In this document: positions 53,610-63,152 of the stretch, piece by piece
How the letters are laid out: each line of letters starts with the position of its first letter
How positions within the stretch are numbered: position 1 is the stretch's first letter
Origin: an uncultured Oscillospiraceae bacterium
GTDB taxonomy: Bacteria > Bacillota > Clostridia > Christensenellales > CAG-314
NCBI GenBank assembly: GCA_964521735.1
Contig: CAZFTO010000001.1
Span: forward strand, 72,442 to 136,441
Direction of reading: 5' to 3'
Length of the DNA stretch: 64,000 nucleotides
Program-made: the position numbers and the translations under genes
The notes under the pieces: generated by a model
The model's database searches: none
What the model was told of the DNA's origin: nothing
The model's input: only the letters and a program-made list of their open reading frames with translations

Positions 53610-55607
53610 CTAGTCGTAGCGCAAAATTTCCGTGCAGTCGGGAAAGGGCCACAAGTTTTGGGGACAAAGGTTGCGAGCAGTGGTTAGCCATCTTTTCGTC
53701 ACCAAAATTATTTTTTCTAGCGGCATTGCAAACAGCACGGCACGCTGTTCAACGTCGCGCGTGGCATTTTCAATTTGTTTGCTCAGCCGTCTTGCGCACA
53801 AGTCTAGCATTTTTTTGCAGCAAAGAAGTTTTGACAGATGTCGGTTTGGTACGTTTTGGCCCGTTTGTTCTTCCGCCTTGCGTTGCAAACAAAGGGTTTT
53901 GTCAACAATGGGCACAACATCACGGCACATTTCTGCCAGCACAATTGCTTGGTTTTGGCGTTGCTGGCAATATTGATTTAGCATTGCAGTGCGCCAAGCG
54001 TTTTGTTCTTCGGCTGACAAAATTTTTAGCTTTTGCAACAAGTTGGATTGTTTGCTTGCCGCAAGTGTTTTAGGCACGTTTTCCGCCCAAAACAGTTTGC
54101 GCCGTTTGGCTTCTTCTTGCCAAAATGCAGAATAGTTGTCGCCGTCAAAAAGCACGTTGCAGCAATTTTTAAGCACGTTGGCAACAAAAGCGTGCGCTTG
54201 TGTCCAAACGTCCGATGATTTTTGCAGTTGTGTTGCCAGTTCGTCAGCCGTTTCCGCAAAGGCGGCGTTAAGCACTGTGTTGCAAGCAGCAATGGATGCG
54301 CAAGCACCCACCAACCGAAATTCGAACTTGCCTTGCGTCAGCACCAGCGGCGAAGTGCGGTTTCGTGGCGCATCTTTTGGTGGCGAAAGCAATTGATGCC
54401 CAAATCGAAAGTTGGGGCTAGCTGCTTCAGCAAGATCAGCAAGAGCATTGCCCAACGAAATGGAAATCACCGGCGGCGGTGCTTCACATTGTCCCAGCCT
54501 TTCGTCGTTACCGCATGATGCGGCGGATAGGCAAAGCAGTTCTTGATGCAAACTTACGGCTTGCACCATGCAAGCGATAAGCACTGCGTATTGTGCGTGT
54601 TGCTGCGGTGTCGTTCCCCTCTCAAACAGATTTTTTCCATTGCAAAAAAGCGACCAATTGTTGTGCTTGCCGCTTCCGCTAAGATGTGAAAAAGGTTTTT
54701 CGTGCAGCAGGCAGGCCAAGTTTTGCTTGTCGGCAACGATGCGCAACGTTTGCATTATTCGCTGATTTTGCCAATAGGCAGCAATCGCTGGTGCGCAACA
54801 AGGCGCCAATTCCGCCTGACACGGCGCAACTTCGTTGTGTTGCGTTTGGGCAACTATTCCCAAAAGGTGCAACCGTCGTTCCGTTTGCTGCCAAAAATTT
54901 GCCACTTTTTTCTGCGGTGCTTGGCAGTAGTTGGATGGCATATTTTTTTGTGTAAAGCTTGGCTCTATCAAAATTTTTCCCGTTTGCACCAAGTCGGGGC
55001 GTTGCAAATAGAGGTGCTTTTCTAGCAAAAAATATTCTTGCTCGGCACCGACAACGGAAAATACGTGCGCCGTCTTTGCGCCCAGCAAATTCACTAGTTT
55101 TGTTACGCATTTGTCCAGTGCTAGGCAACTGCGAAAAAGTGGCAGTTTTTCGTCCAGCGCCGCTTTGTTGCAACTTAGCGTTGCCGGAATGTGCAAACAA
55201 TTATCTTCCACGTAGGCAGGCAGTGGTGCAAACCACCTTATTTGTCCCTTGGCGTTGCAAGGCGAATTGCCACAGCAAAAGGCCGATGCATCGCATTCGT
55301 CAGTCAGCAGTTGCTTCGCTGTTGGGGTTTTTAAGTTGCCATTTACCGTGCGGCTTATCCAGGAATGCATTTTGCCAACAGTGCCGCCACAAAAAGGATC
55401 GAACACCAGCGTATAGTGCGTTGCTCCCACCGATTTTGCCCATTTGCGCAAACCGTTTGCAAATTTTTGAGCATGGCAGGGCGGCAGCTCCTTTCCGTTT
55501 TGTGCTTCAATCACAGCGGCACAGGTTTTTGCCGGCAAATACTTTTTCATTTTGGCGTTATCAAACACGTTTTGTGCAAATTTTGGGTGTTTTGTGGACA
55601 TTTGCAT
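53610..55607 (-). CDS. glnN: Type III glutamine synthetase-like protein (divergent)
   Basis: GSIII N-terminal block: FAQNVFDNAKMKKYLPAKTCAAVIEAQNGKEL...WAKSVGATHYT. Core block: LHEKPFSHLSGSGKHNNWSL. 665 aa. Confidence 0.7.
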   Translation of the reverse strand: MQMSTKHPKFAQNVFDNAKMKKYLPAKTCAAVIEAQNGKELPPCHAQKFANGLRKWAKSVGATHYTLVFDPFCGGTVGKMHSWISRTVNGNLKTPTAKQLLTDECDASAFCCGNSPCNAKGQIRWFAPLPAYVEDNCLHIPATLSCNKAALDEKLPLFRSCLALDKCVTKLVNLLGAKTAHVFSVVGAEQEYFLLEKHLYLQRPDLVQTGKILIEPSFTQKNMPSNYCQAPQKKVANFWQQTERRLHLLGIVAQTQHNEVAPCQAELAPCCAPAIAAYWQNQRIMQTLRIVADKQNLACLLHEKPFSHLSGSGKHNNWSLFCNGKNLFERGTTPQQHAQYAVLIACMVQAVSLHQELLCLSAASCGNDERLGQCEAPPPVISISLGNALADLAEAASPNFRFGHQLLSPPKDAPRNRTSPLVLTQGKFEFRLVGACASIAACNTVLNAAFAETADELATQLQKSSDVWTQAHAFVANVLKNCCNVLFDGDNYSAFWQEEAKRRKLFWAENVPKTLAASKQSNLLQKLKILSAEEQNAWRTAMLNQYCQQRQNQAIVLAEMCRDVVPIVDKTLCLQRKAEEQTGQNVPNRHLSKLLCCKKMLDLCARRLSKQIENATRDVEQRAVLFAMPLEKIILVTKRWLTTARNLCPQNLWPFPDCTEILRYD

Positions 55608-55727
55608 ACCTTTCTACACAATATGTTTTTGCCGTCCAAAAAGTAACTGCACCGTCCCAAATTTTTGCATTTGCGTTGTTTTTGTGGCGCATTGGTCTTT
55701 GCTAGGCAAGTTATTTTGGCAAAACGT

Positions 55728-55757
55728 TTGACCTATTGCGACAATGGCTGATATAAT
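55728..55757 (+). promoter_or_regulatory. Sigma-A-type promoter for the acyltransferase gene
   Basis: TTGACC - 18 nt - TATAAT. Confidence 0.55.
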
Positions 55758-55803
55758 AGCCAAAGGAGATTTCCACCTCTAATAAGCACAAGGGCAAAAG
55801 ATT

Positions 55804-56967
55804 ATGCGCAAAAAACCTGTTTTGGCAAAGAAAAGTTTCATCAGATTGGGCCTGTGGGTCTATGGCAACAAGTTTTGCAAAAAGCAAATAAAATTGGTGC
55901 ACGACGGAACTCTTGCCAAAATAAAACCGCCCTACATTGTGGTTGCCAACCACAGCAGTTTTGTGGACGTGGGTGCGCTAATAAAAATGATGTATCCGCA
56001 TTGCGCAAACTTTGTAATAAGCGAAACGCAGTTGGTGCAGTGGCCCAAACTTATCAAGCAATTTGGCGTTTTGCCCAAAAAGCAATTCACCGTGGATATG
56101 AAGTTGCTTTCCGACATAAAATACTGTCTAAACAAAAAACGTCCGGTGGTTATCTATCCCGAGGCAAAACTTTCCGTTGTGGGCACCCCCAACCCCATAA
56201 AGCCAGCCATTGCAAAATTAGTCAAGATGTTCAAAGTGCCTCTTGTTACCGTCCGTTTTGACGGCAGCTATTTGTTCAACCCAAGGTGGGCACATTCCAA
56301 ACGCTTTTTGCCGGTTACGGCACACGCAAAACTAGCGGTGGATGCAACGGAGGCAAAAACCATTTCTGCGGATGAAATTTACAAAAGAATTGTTGACGAC
56401 CTGCAATTTGACGACTACGAATATCAATTGCAAAACAAAATAGAAATTGACGTGCCCGATTTGGTGGAAGGGCTAGAAAGCATTTTGTATAAGTGCCCGC
56501 ATTGCAATGAAGAATTTGCCATGACGGGGCACGGCAACAAACTTGTTTGCGCAAAGTGTGGCCACGAAGTTGTCATGAACAAGTTTGGTCAACTAGAAGG
56601 CGGCAAGTTTGGCAAGGTGGTGGATTGGTATGCTTGGCAAACGCAGTGTGTTCGCACCGAGCTGCAAAATGGCAGCTACCACTTCGACAAAGAGTTTTTT
56701 GCTCAAAAGCTTGTGGGTGGCAACTACGTCGATTTGGGCAAGTCAAGAATAGTACACGACCAAAACGGAATTGTTGCAACTTTCGGCGACCAAACGCTTA
56801 GCTACCCCGTTGGCACGTTCTATACACTTTCCTTCAACAACGATTTTGTCTATTTGCCAACTGCGGATGCGGTCTTCCGTTTCAAACGTCTTGGCGACGT
56901 GGGATGCACCGCAAAACTCAATTTGGCCGTGGAGCAGCAAGCGGAACTTCACGAACAAAACAAATAA
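55804..56967 (+). CDS. Lysophospholipid (PlsC-type) acyltransferase family protein with a C-terminal zinc-ribbon-containing domain
   Basis: HX4D motif (VVANHSSFVDVGAL), VVIYPEAK block, and CPHCNEEF...CAKCGH ribbon. Confidence 0.7.
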   Translation: MRKKPVLAKKSFIRLGLWVYGNKFCKKQIKLVHDGTLAKIKPPYIVVANHSSFVDVGALIKMMYPHCANFVISETQLVQWPKLIKQFGVLPKKQFTVDMKLLSDIKYCLNKKRPVVIYPEAKLSVVGTPNPIKPAIAKLVKMFKVPLVTVRFDGSYLFNPRWAHSKRFLPVTAHAKLAVDATEAKTISADEIYKRIVDDLQFDDYEYQLQNKIEIDVPDLVEGLESILYKCPHCNEEFAMTGHGNKLVCAKCGHEVVMNKFGQLEGGKFGKVVDWYAWQTQCVRTELQNGSYHFDKEFFAQKLVGGNYVDLGKSRIVHDQNGIVATFGDQTLSYPVGTFYTLSFNNDFVYLPTADAVFRFKRLGDVGCTAKLNLAVEQQAELHEQNK

Positions 56968-57268
56968 TTTTTGTGGCGCCTGCCCATATTTTGGGGTGGG
57001 CGTTTTTGCTGCGCGTCAAATAGTTTGGCCGTATGTTGCGCCAGACCTTTATGCAATATTCAAGCGGACGTCATTTTTACAAAAAGGCTCAGCACAACGC
57101 CAAACTTTTGCGTGCAGTTGTGTTTTTGCCGTGGCGTTGTTTGTTTTTTTGTGCCATTTGCTTTGTTTCGCAAGTTTTTTGTGGGCGTGTTGTTGTCCAA
57201 AACTTTTTGTGAGGAATATTGCTTTTAAAGTTGCGCACACTAGCAACAGCATAAAGGAGGGAATAGTT

Positions 57269-57535
57269 TTGAAAAAGACTTTTAACGTGTTTAGCGTAAT
57301 CGCAATGGTGCTTACCATTGTTGGCGCGCTAAATTGGCTGTGCATTGGCATTTTTGGTTTTAACTTCGTCAATTGGGTTAGCTTTGGCATGGCGTGGCTA
57401 GAAACTTTGCTCTACGTATTGGTGGGCGTAGCCGGTGTGTTTGTGCTTGTTTGGCTGTGCATTTCTAAGGGAAAAGTTGTTGATTGCACCTGCGGCCGCG
57501 AAAAATACGCCGACCGATACGGTTATCACGGCTAA
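57269..57535 (+). CDS. DUF378 family small membrane protein
   Basis: TTG at 57269 lies 7 nt after the aaaggaggg RBS. VIAMVLTIVGALNWLCIGIFGFNFVNW...LLYVLVGVAGVFVLVWL is the DUF378 pattern. The long upstream extension of the track ORF (from 56771) has no coding character. Confidence 0.7.
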   Translation: MKKTFNVFSVIAMVLTIVGALNWLCIGIFGFNFVNWVSFGMAWLETLLYVLVGVAGVFVLVWLCISKGKVVDCTCGREKYADRYGYHG

Positions 57536-57548
57536 ATTCGACAAAAAA

Positions 57549-57579
57549 ACGGTTGGAACGACAGTTCTAACCGTTTTTT
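57549..57579 (+). terminator. Rho-independent terminator
   Basis: acggttggaac-gaca-gttctaaccgt hairpin followed by ttttt. Confidence 0.75.
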
Positions 57580-57709
57580 GCTTGCTAAACTTTTTTTAAC
57601 AAGTTGCATTGCGCGCGTTTTTTTGGTAATATAATAATTGACAAATTTCACGGCAGTTTGGCAACGTTTGTTGCAACGTGAAATTGCTATTTTAAAAATA
57701 AGGTGAAAA

Positions 57710-59170
57710 ATGACGGCAAAAGAATGCTTGCAAAAAACGGAAAACGTCGTGCGTCGCGTTGTATATAGCGACGTCTATTTTGCGTGCATTTGTGTTGTTG
57801 CGTTTTTGTGTTGGTGCCTGGGTTGGTCGGCAGTGGGGCTTATTTTGCTTGTTGCTGCAACATGCGTAACAATGTTGTTTGGCAACGACGGCTCGGCCAC
57901 CTTTTTGCCCGTTATGGTTTGTTTGACGGCCATTCGCAATCCTGCGGAAATAACCCCCGTCGTGCTAGCCGTAACCATTGCGCCTCTAACCGTTTGTTTT
58001 GTTATTTTTGTGTGCCGCAATTTGCCCAAGACAATTGTGCTTGGCCGCATGTTCGTGCCGCAAGCGGCCGTTTCGTTGGCGTTGCTAGTGGGAGGATTGG
58101 GCGTTGTTTCTTCATCCAACTATTTGGCAGAACTTCCCCTTGTTTTGGCTCTAGGCGCAGGCATGTTGCTAACCTATTTTGTTTTTGTCAATTTCACCGG
58201 ACGCAACTCGGTGGACGTGCCCTTGTGCTTTGCAAAAGCGTGCGTCTACGTTGGCTTGGTGGTGTGTGCGGAATTGGCCGTTCTAATTGCTCAATCGCAA
58301 CTTGCGCCGTCGCAATGGGCGGAATCATATTGGAATTTTGGCTGGGGCAACCGTGGAATGGCTGCAACATTCATTCCATTTGCAATGGTCATGAGTTTGT
58401 ACCTTTCCGTGCGAACAAAAAAACATGCCTTTGTTTACGTTTTGCTCAGCTTCGTCATGTTGCTTTGTTTGGCGCTTACGCTTTCTCGCGCGGCAACGCT
58501 TTTCGGCTTTGTTGCTTTTGTGTGCGCTCTTGTTGCGGCGATAGTTTTGGGCAACAAAAAACAAACTCTCGTTTGTGTTGCCGGCGCTGCGGCCGTTTGC
58601 ATTTTGGCGTGCGCAATTTTTTGGCAACAAGTTTCGCAGCTAGTGGAAGGCTTGCTTTCTCGTTTTTCGCAAATAAAAATTTATTTTGCCGAAGGCAAAT
58701 TGGTTATCGAAGGCACTAGTGGAAGGTTTGGCGAAGACGGTTTGTTCGGCAAGGCATGGCAATTTTTCAAGCAGAGTCCGCTGTTTGGCATTGGCATGGG
58801 CGGGCATCCCAACGTTGCCATTAACGACAGCCCCGATGCTTGCGCACGTTTCCATTCAACGGTGTTCGAAGTGATGGCATCTATGGGCATCGTGGGCATT
58901 GTGTGCTACGTTTTCTACTACATTATGCGTTTCCGGGAAGTGCTTGCAAAGCCACGCAGAAAAAATCCTTTTGCTTTGTTCACGCTTTTTGCCTGGATTG
59001 CTTTCGAAGGCCAGGGACTTGTGGATATGAACACGTTCGAACCGGTGTTTAGTTTTTTTGTGGTGTTTCAACTTGTTGTGTTGCAACGGTTGGATGATAA
59101 TTTTGAAAAAACGGAAATTTTGCAGTTGTTGCCGCCGACCGAAGTTGTTGCAACAAAAATCGTTCAATAG
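57710..59170 (+). CDS. O-antigen ligase/polymerase (Wzy_C)-like polytopic membrane protein
   Basis: About 11 TM helices. LALTLSRAATLFGFVAF block, and an extracytoplasmic loop with FGIGMGGHP. Confidence 0.6.
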   Translation: MTAKECLQKTENVVRRVVYSDVYFACICVVAFLCWCLGWSAVGLILLVAATCVTMLFGNDGSATFLPVMVCLTAIRNPAEITPVVLAVTIAPLTVCFVIFVCRNLPKTIVLGRMFVPQAAVSLALLVGGLGVVSSSNYLAELPLVLALGAGMLLTYFVFVNFTGRNSVDVPLCFAKACVYVGLVVCAELAVLIAQSQLAPSQWAESYWNFGWGNRGMAATFIPFAMVMSLYLSVRTKKHAFVYVLLSFVMLLCLALTLSRAATLFGFVAFVCALVAAIVLGNKKQTLVCVAGAAAVCILACAIFWQQVSQLVEGLLSRFSQIKIYFAEGKLVIEGTSGRFGEDGLFGKAWQFFKQSPLFGIGMGGHPNVAINDSPDACARFHSTVFEVMASMGIVGIVCYVFYYIMRFREVLAKPRRKNPFALFTLFAWIAFEGQGLVDMNTFEPVFSFFVVFQLVVLQRLDDNFEKTEILQLLPPTEVVATKIVQ

Positions 59171-59186
59171 TTTTTATGTCAAAAAA

Positions 59187-59218
59187 ATCCGTCGAGAACT
59201 CTCGACGGATTTTGTTTT
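59187..59218. terminator. Bidirectional terminator between convergent genes
   Basis: atccgtcgag-aact-ctcgacggat hairpin flanked by A7 and tttgtttt. Confidence 0.75.
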
Positions 59219-59289
59219 GCAAAATTTTTTTCAATGCAACAATCGTTTTGTTGTTTATTTTGCCTAGTGTTGTTTGCTTTTGCTTGCAA

Positions 59290-61116
59290 CTAGGCTTTTT
59301 TGTTTTGGCGGGCCCAAATGCGCATGCGTTCGGCGTGATCCAAAATGGCTTTGCGTAAACGGATGGAAGTGGGAGTAACTTCAACAAGTTCGTCGTCGCC
59401 GATAAATTCCAAGCACTGTTCCAAACTTAGCACGGTGGGCGGAGTAAGTTTAAGTGCTTCGTCACTGCCGCTGGCTCGGTTGTTCGTTAGGTGTTTTGTT
59501 TTGCACACGTTAACGGAAATATCGTCTTCGCGGCTGTTTTCACCAACAACCATTCCGGCATATACGGGAACGCCCACGTCCACGAACAAACGGCAACGCT
59601 CTTGTGCGTTGAACAAACCGTAAGCGGTGGTGACGCCGTCTTCGAAGCAAACCAAACTGCCTCTTGCGCGTTCTTGCACGTCGCCTTTATAGGGTTCGTA
59701 ACCGTCAAACACGCTGCTCATAACGCCAAAACCCTTGGTGTCGGTAAGCAGTTCGCTGCGATAGCCAATAAGGCAACGAGAAGGAATTCTAAATTCCAAA
59801 CGGGTGGATCCTTGGTTGTCGGGATACATGTTAACAAGTTCGCCCTTGCGTGCGCCCAACTTGTTCATCACACTGCCAACGTATTCGGCCGGCACTTCCA
59901 CAACCAAAAATTCCATGGGTTCGCATTTTACGCCGTCAATTTCCTTAAAAATAACTTTGGGGCGAGAAACTTGAAATTCGTATCCTTCACGGCGCATTTC
60001 TTCAATCAAAATGGAAAGGTGAAGTTCGCCGCGTCCATACACTTTGAAGCTATCCGGGCTTTCCGTTTCTTCCACGCGCATAGAAACATTTGTTTCCACT
60101 TCCTTGAACAGGCGTGCGCGCAGGTGGCGGCTGGTAACAAATTTGCCTTCTTTGCCGGCAAACGGACTGTTGTTCACAACGAACATCATAGATATGGTGG
60201 GTTCGTCTATGTTCACGAAGGGAAGCGGTTCAACGCAATCGATGGAACAAAGTGTTTCGCCAATGTTCATATCGGAAATGCCGTTCACGGCAACAATGTC
60301 GCCCATGCTACCTTCTTCGCATTCCACGCGTTTCAAACCTTCAAATTGATATAAACGTGTTACTTTTGCCGTGTTAAACTTGTTATCGCGGTGGCAAACC
60401 ATAACTTGCTGTCCGTTTTGAATTTTGCCACGGTTAACTTTGCCAATACCAATGCGGCCAACGTACTCGTCATAGTCGATGTTGCAAATAAGCAGTTGCA
60501 AACCGCCTTCAACTTCTCCTGCCGGTGCGGGAATCTCCGTCAAAATGGCATCTAGCAACGGTGCCATGTTGGTGGAGGGTTTGCCAAGTTTATCCGTTGC
60601 CCAGCCTTGTTTTGCCGATGCGTAGATGATTTTGAAATCGAACTGCTCATCTGTGGCTCCCAGTTCCATAAACAACTCCATTATTTGTTCTTGAAGTTCT
60701 GTCTCGTCAAACTCACCCTTATCCACTTTATTCACAACAACCAAGGCTTTTTTGCCCAAACCCAACGCTTTTTTAAGCACGTAGCGTGTTTGCGGCATGC
60801 AACCTTCAATAGCATCCACTAGCAACAATACGCCGTCTACCATCGACAAAATGCGTTCCACTTCGCCACCGAAATCGGCGTGGCCGGGGGTGTCGATAAT
60901 GTTTATTTTTGTTCCCTTATAGTGCACGGCGGTGTTCTTTGCCAAAATGGTTATGCCGCGTTCGCGTTCGATATCGTTGTTGTCCATCACGCGTTCGGCA
61001 ACCACTTCGTTGGCACGGAAAATGCCGTTTTGTTTAAGCAGTTGGTCCACTAGCGTCGTTTTGCCGTGGTCGACGTGCGCAATAATGGCAATATTTCTTA
61101 CGTTTTCTCTTTGCAT
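59290..61116 (-). CDS. typA: Translational GTPase TypA/BipA
   Basis: [38 protein letters not shown]. 608 aa. Confidence 0.95.
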   Translation of the reverse strand: MQRENVRNIAIIAHVDHGKTTLVDQLLKQNGIFRANEVVAERVMDNNDIERERGITILAKNTAVHYKGTKINIIDTPGHADFGGEVERILSMVDGVLLLVDAIEGCMPQTRYVLKKALGLGKKALVVVNKVDKGEFDETELQEQIMELFMELGATDEQFDFKIIYASAKQGWATDKLGKPSTNMAPLLDAILTEIPAPAGEVEGGLQLLICNIDYDEYVGRIGIGKVNRGKIQNGQQVMVCHRDNKFNTAKVTRLYQFEGLKRVECEEGSMGDIVAVNGISDMNIGETLCSIDCVEPLPFVNIDEPTISMMFVVNNSPFAGKEGKFVTSRHLRARLFKEVETNVSMRVEETESPDSFKVYGRGELHLSILIEEMRREGYEFQVSRPKVIFKEIDGVKCEPMEFLVVEVPAEYVGSVMNKLGARKGELVNMYPDNQGSTRLEFRIPSRCLIGYRSELLTDTKGFGVMSSVFDGYEPYKGDVQERARGSLVCFEDGVTTAYGLFNAQERCRLFVDVGVPVYAGMVVGENSREDDISVNVCKTKHLTNNRASGSDEALKLTPPTVLSLEQCLEFIGDDELVEVTPTSIRLRKAILDHAERMRIWARQNKKA

Positions 61117-61330
61117 AAACTTTCTCCGTATTCAGCCGCTTTTTGCGGCAACTTTCAAACCACAAAATTATACAACTATCTTAAAAAGCCGTCAAATATA
61201 TTTGGGGTGATTGCGCTGCGCGTCATCAAAAAAAGTGTTTTTTAACAAAACATCCAAACAATCTTTGTCGTTGTTTTTTTGTGTCGCAACTTTTGCCGCA
61301 GGCATATACTACCTCGAAAAGGAGATGGTT

Positions 61331-63091
61331 GTGTGTGGAATTTTTGCCACTACGGAACAGGAGTGTGTGGAAAAAACAATGGAAGCGTTGCGCTTTTTGC
61401 AATACCGTGGGTACGATTCGGCCGGAATTGCCATAAAAAAGCAACAAATTTCCGTTGTCAAAACGGTTGGAAAAGTAGATGCGTTGCAAGAAAAACTAAA
61501 AAACGTTTCTCTTCAAGCGTCGCTTGCCATGGGGCACACCCGATGGGCAACACACGGCGAAGTTTCCGAAGTCAACGCACACCCGTTTTTGTCTGCCGAC
61601 GGAAATTTTGCCGTTTGTCACAACGGCATCATCGAAAACCATCGCTCGCTTGCCAAAATGCTTGCGCAAAACGGGTTAAAAACGGTTTCTCAAACGGATA
61701 GCGAAGTGGTGGCGCATTTGTTGCAATTTTTCTACAAAGGGGACGTTTTGCAGGCGGTGCAAAAAACCGTGGCCATGCTAAAAGGGTCGTTTGCACTGCT
61801 TATTCTTTGCAACCATAACAACAAAATTTATGCTGCGCGCCACAAAAGCCCGTTGGTGGCAAGTGTTTCGGCGTGCGGCGTGAGTTTCTGTTCGGATTTT
61901 AGGTTTGCCGCAAGCATGGGAAAGGTTGCCTCTATGCCGGATGGTTGCATTGCCGTTGCGAAAAATTGCAATGTGAAGTTTTGCAGTTTTGACGGCAAAG
62001 AATTGTGTTTGAAATGGCAAAAAGCCGCCGTGAAAGTGGAAAATGCGCCGCAGGGCGATGCTATGCTAAAAGAAATTTTGGAAATTCCCTTGCGTGTTAA
62101 GGACGCCGTGCAAAACTACGCAAAAAACGGTGGGTTGCCTTGCAAAATGCTAAAAAAATTGCGCCGTATCTATCTTGTGGGGTGTGGCACTGCCTTCAAC
62201 AGCGGTGTCGCCGCTTGTGCCGCCGTAAGGCGTTTTTTGCATTTAGATTTGTTGCCTGTTGTGGCTAGCGAATTTGTCTGCGACCAATATCCCACCGATG
62301 GCAACACTTTGGCGCTGTGCATCAGCCAAAGCGGCGAAACTGCCGATACCGTTCGCGCGGCAGAAAAGCTAAAAGAAGCCGGCGCATACGTGGTGGCCGT
62401 CACCAATACGCCAATTTCGTCGCTAGGTTTTGTTTGTAACCGCGCGTTGAACGTTTTTGCGGGTGGAGAGTTTTCCGTTGCTAGCACAAAGGCATATAAC
62501 TGCCAACTGGTTACACTTGTTTTGTTGCTAACTGACTTTGCGTTTGTGCGGGGCGAAATTTCCTCGGAAAGCCACCAAACAATTTTTGATGCGGCAACAA
62601 AATTGCCCCTTGCGCTAGGGCAAACGCTAAACTTGCAAAAAACGGTGGAGCAGCTTGCTCTGAAAATAAAAGATAGCTCTGCCGTGTTTTTCGTGGGGCG
62701 TGGCCACGATTATCCCACGGCTGCGGAGGCATCGTTGAAGCTAAAAGAGATAACCTACACCCATTCCGAGGCCTATCCTTCGGGAGAATTGAAACACGGA
62801 ACGCTGGCACTTATGGAAAAGGGCGTTTCCGCTATCGTCATTTCCACGATTGGCAACTTGTTGGATAAAAACCAAACCACCGCGCAGGAAATTGCTTCGC
62901 GTGGCGCTTCCGTTACGACGATTTCTCAGTTTGGCGGTGCAAACACAATAACTTTACCAGTGGTGCACGACGTGTTCTGCGGCGTTGTTTCCGTTGTGCC
63001 GTTGCAGTTGTTGGCGTATTTTGTGGCCAAAAAATTGGGGCGTGACGTGGATAAGCCGCGCAATTTAGCAAAATCTGTCACTGTGGAATAA
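61331..63091 (+). CDS. glmS: Glutamine--fructose-6-phosphate aminotransferase
   Basis: GTG at 61331 lies 5 nt after aaaaggaga and gives fM-CGIFA, the obligatory N-terminal Cys of Ntn amidotransferases. Also HTRWATHG, SIS motifs GCGTAFNSG and SQSGETADT, and the canonical C-terminus KPRNLAKSVTVE. Confidence 0.9.
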   Translation: MCGIFATTEQECVEKTMEALRFLQYRGYDSAGIAIKKQQISVVKTVGKVDALQEKLKNVSLQASLAMGHTRWATHGEVSEVNAHPFLSADGNFAVCHNGIIENHRSLAKMLAQNGLKTVSQTDSEVVAHLLQFFYKGDVLQAVQKTVAMLKGSFALLILCNHNNKIYAARHKSPLVASVSACGVSFCSDFRFAASMGKVASMPDGCIAVAKNCNVKFCSFDGKELCLKWQKAAVKVENAPQGDAMLKEILEIPLRVKDAVQNYAKNGGLPCKMLKKLRRIYLVGCGTAFNSGVAACAAVRRFLHLDLLPVVASEFVCDQYPTDGNTLALCISQSGETADTVRAAEKLKEAGAYVVAVTNTPISSLGFVCNRALNVFAGGEFSVASTKAYNCQLVTLVLLLTDFAFVRGEISSESHQTIFDAATKLPLALGQTLNLQKTVEQLALKIKDSSAVFFVGRGHDYPTAAEASLKLKEITYTHSEAYPSGELKHGTLALMEKGVSAIVISTIGNLLDKNQTTAQEIASRGASVTTISQFGGANTITLPVVHDVFCGVVSVVPLQLLAYFVAKKLGRDVDKPRNLAKSVTVE

Positions 63092-63152
63092 TTGTTGCAA
63101 ATTGATTTTTTTTGTGCTAAAATACAAAAAAAAACACAAAGGAACTTTGGCA

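Noticed and set aside
53462-55705. Several + strand ORFs (53462-54073, 53632-53976, 54959-55705, 54702-55025)
   Set aside because: All are antisense to the GSIII-like gene, which carries clear family blocks. The + strand translations are R/C/F-rich with no motifs.
56771-57268. N-terminal 166 codons of the 254-aa track ORF
   Set aside because: This stretch overlaps the 3' end of the acyltransferase gene and an intergenic stretch with non-protein-like composition. Only the last 88 codons, which have their own RBS and TTG start, match the DUF378 pattern.
61117-61330. glmS ribozyme in the glmS 5' UTR
   Set aside because: I could not locate the conserved ribozyme core sequences by eye. The negative is kept as a low-interest finding that needs covariance-model confirmation.
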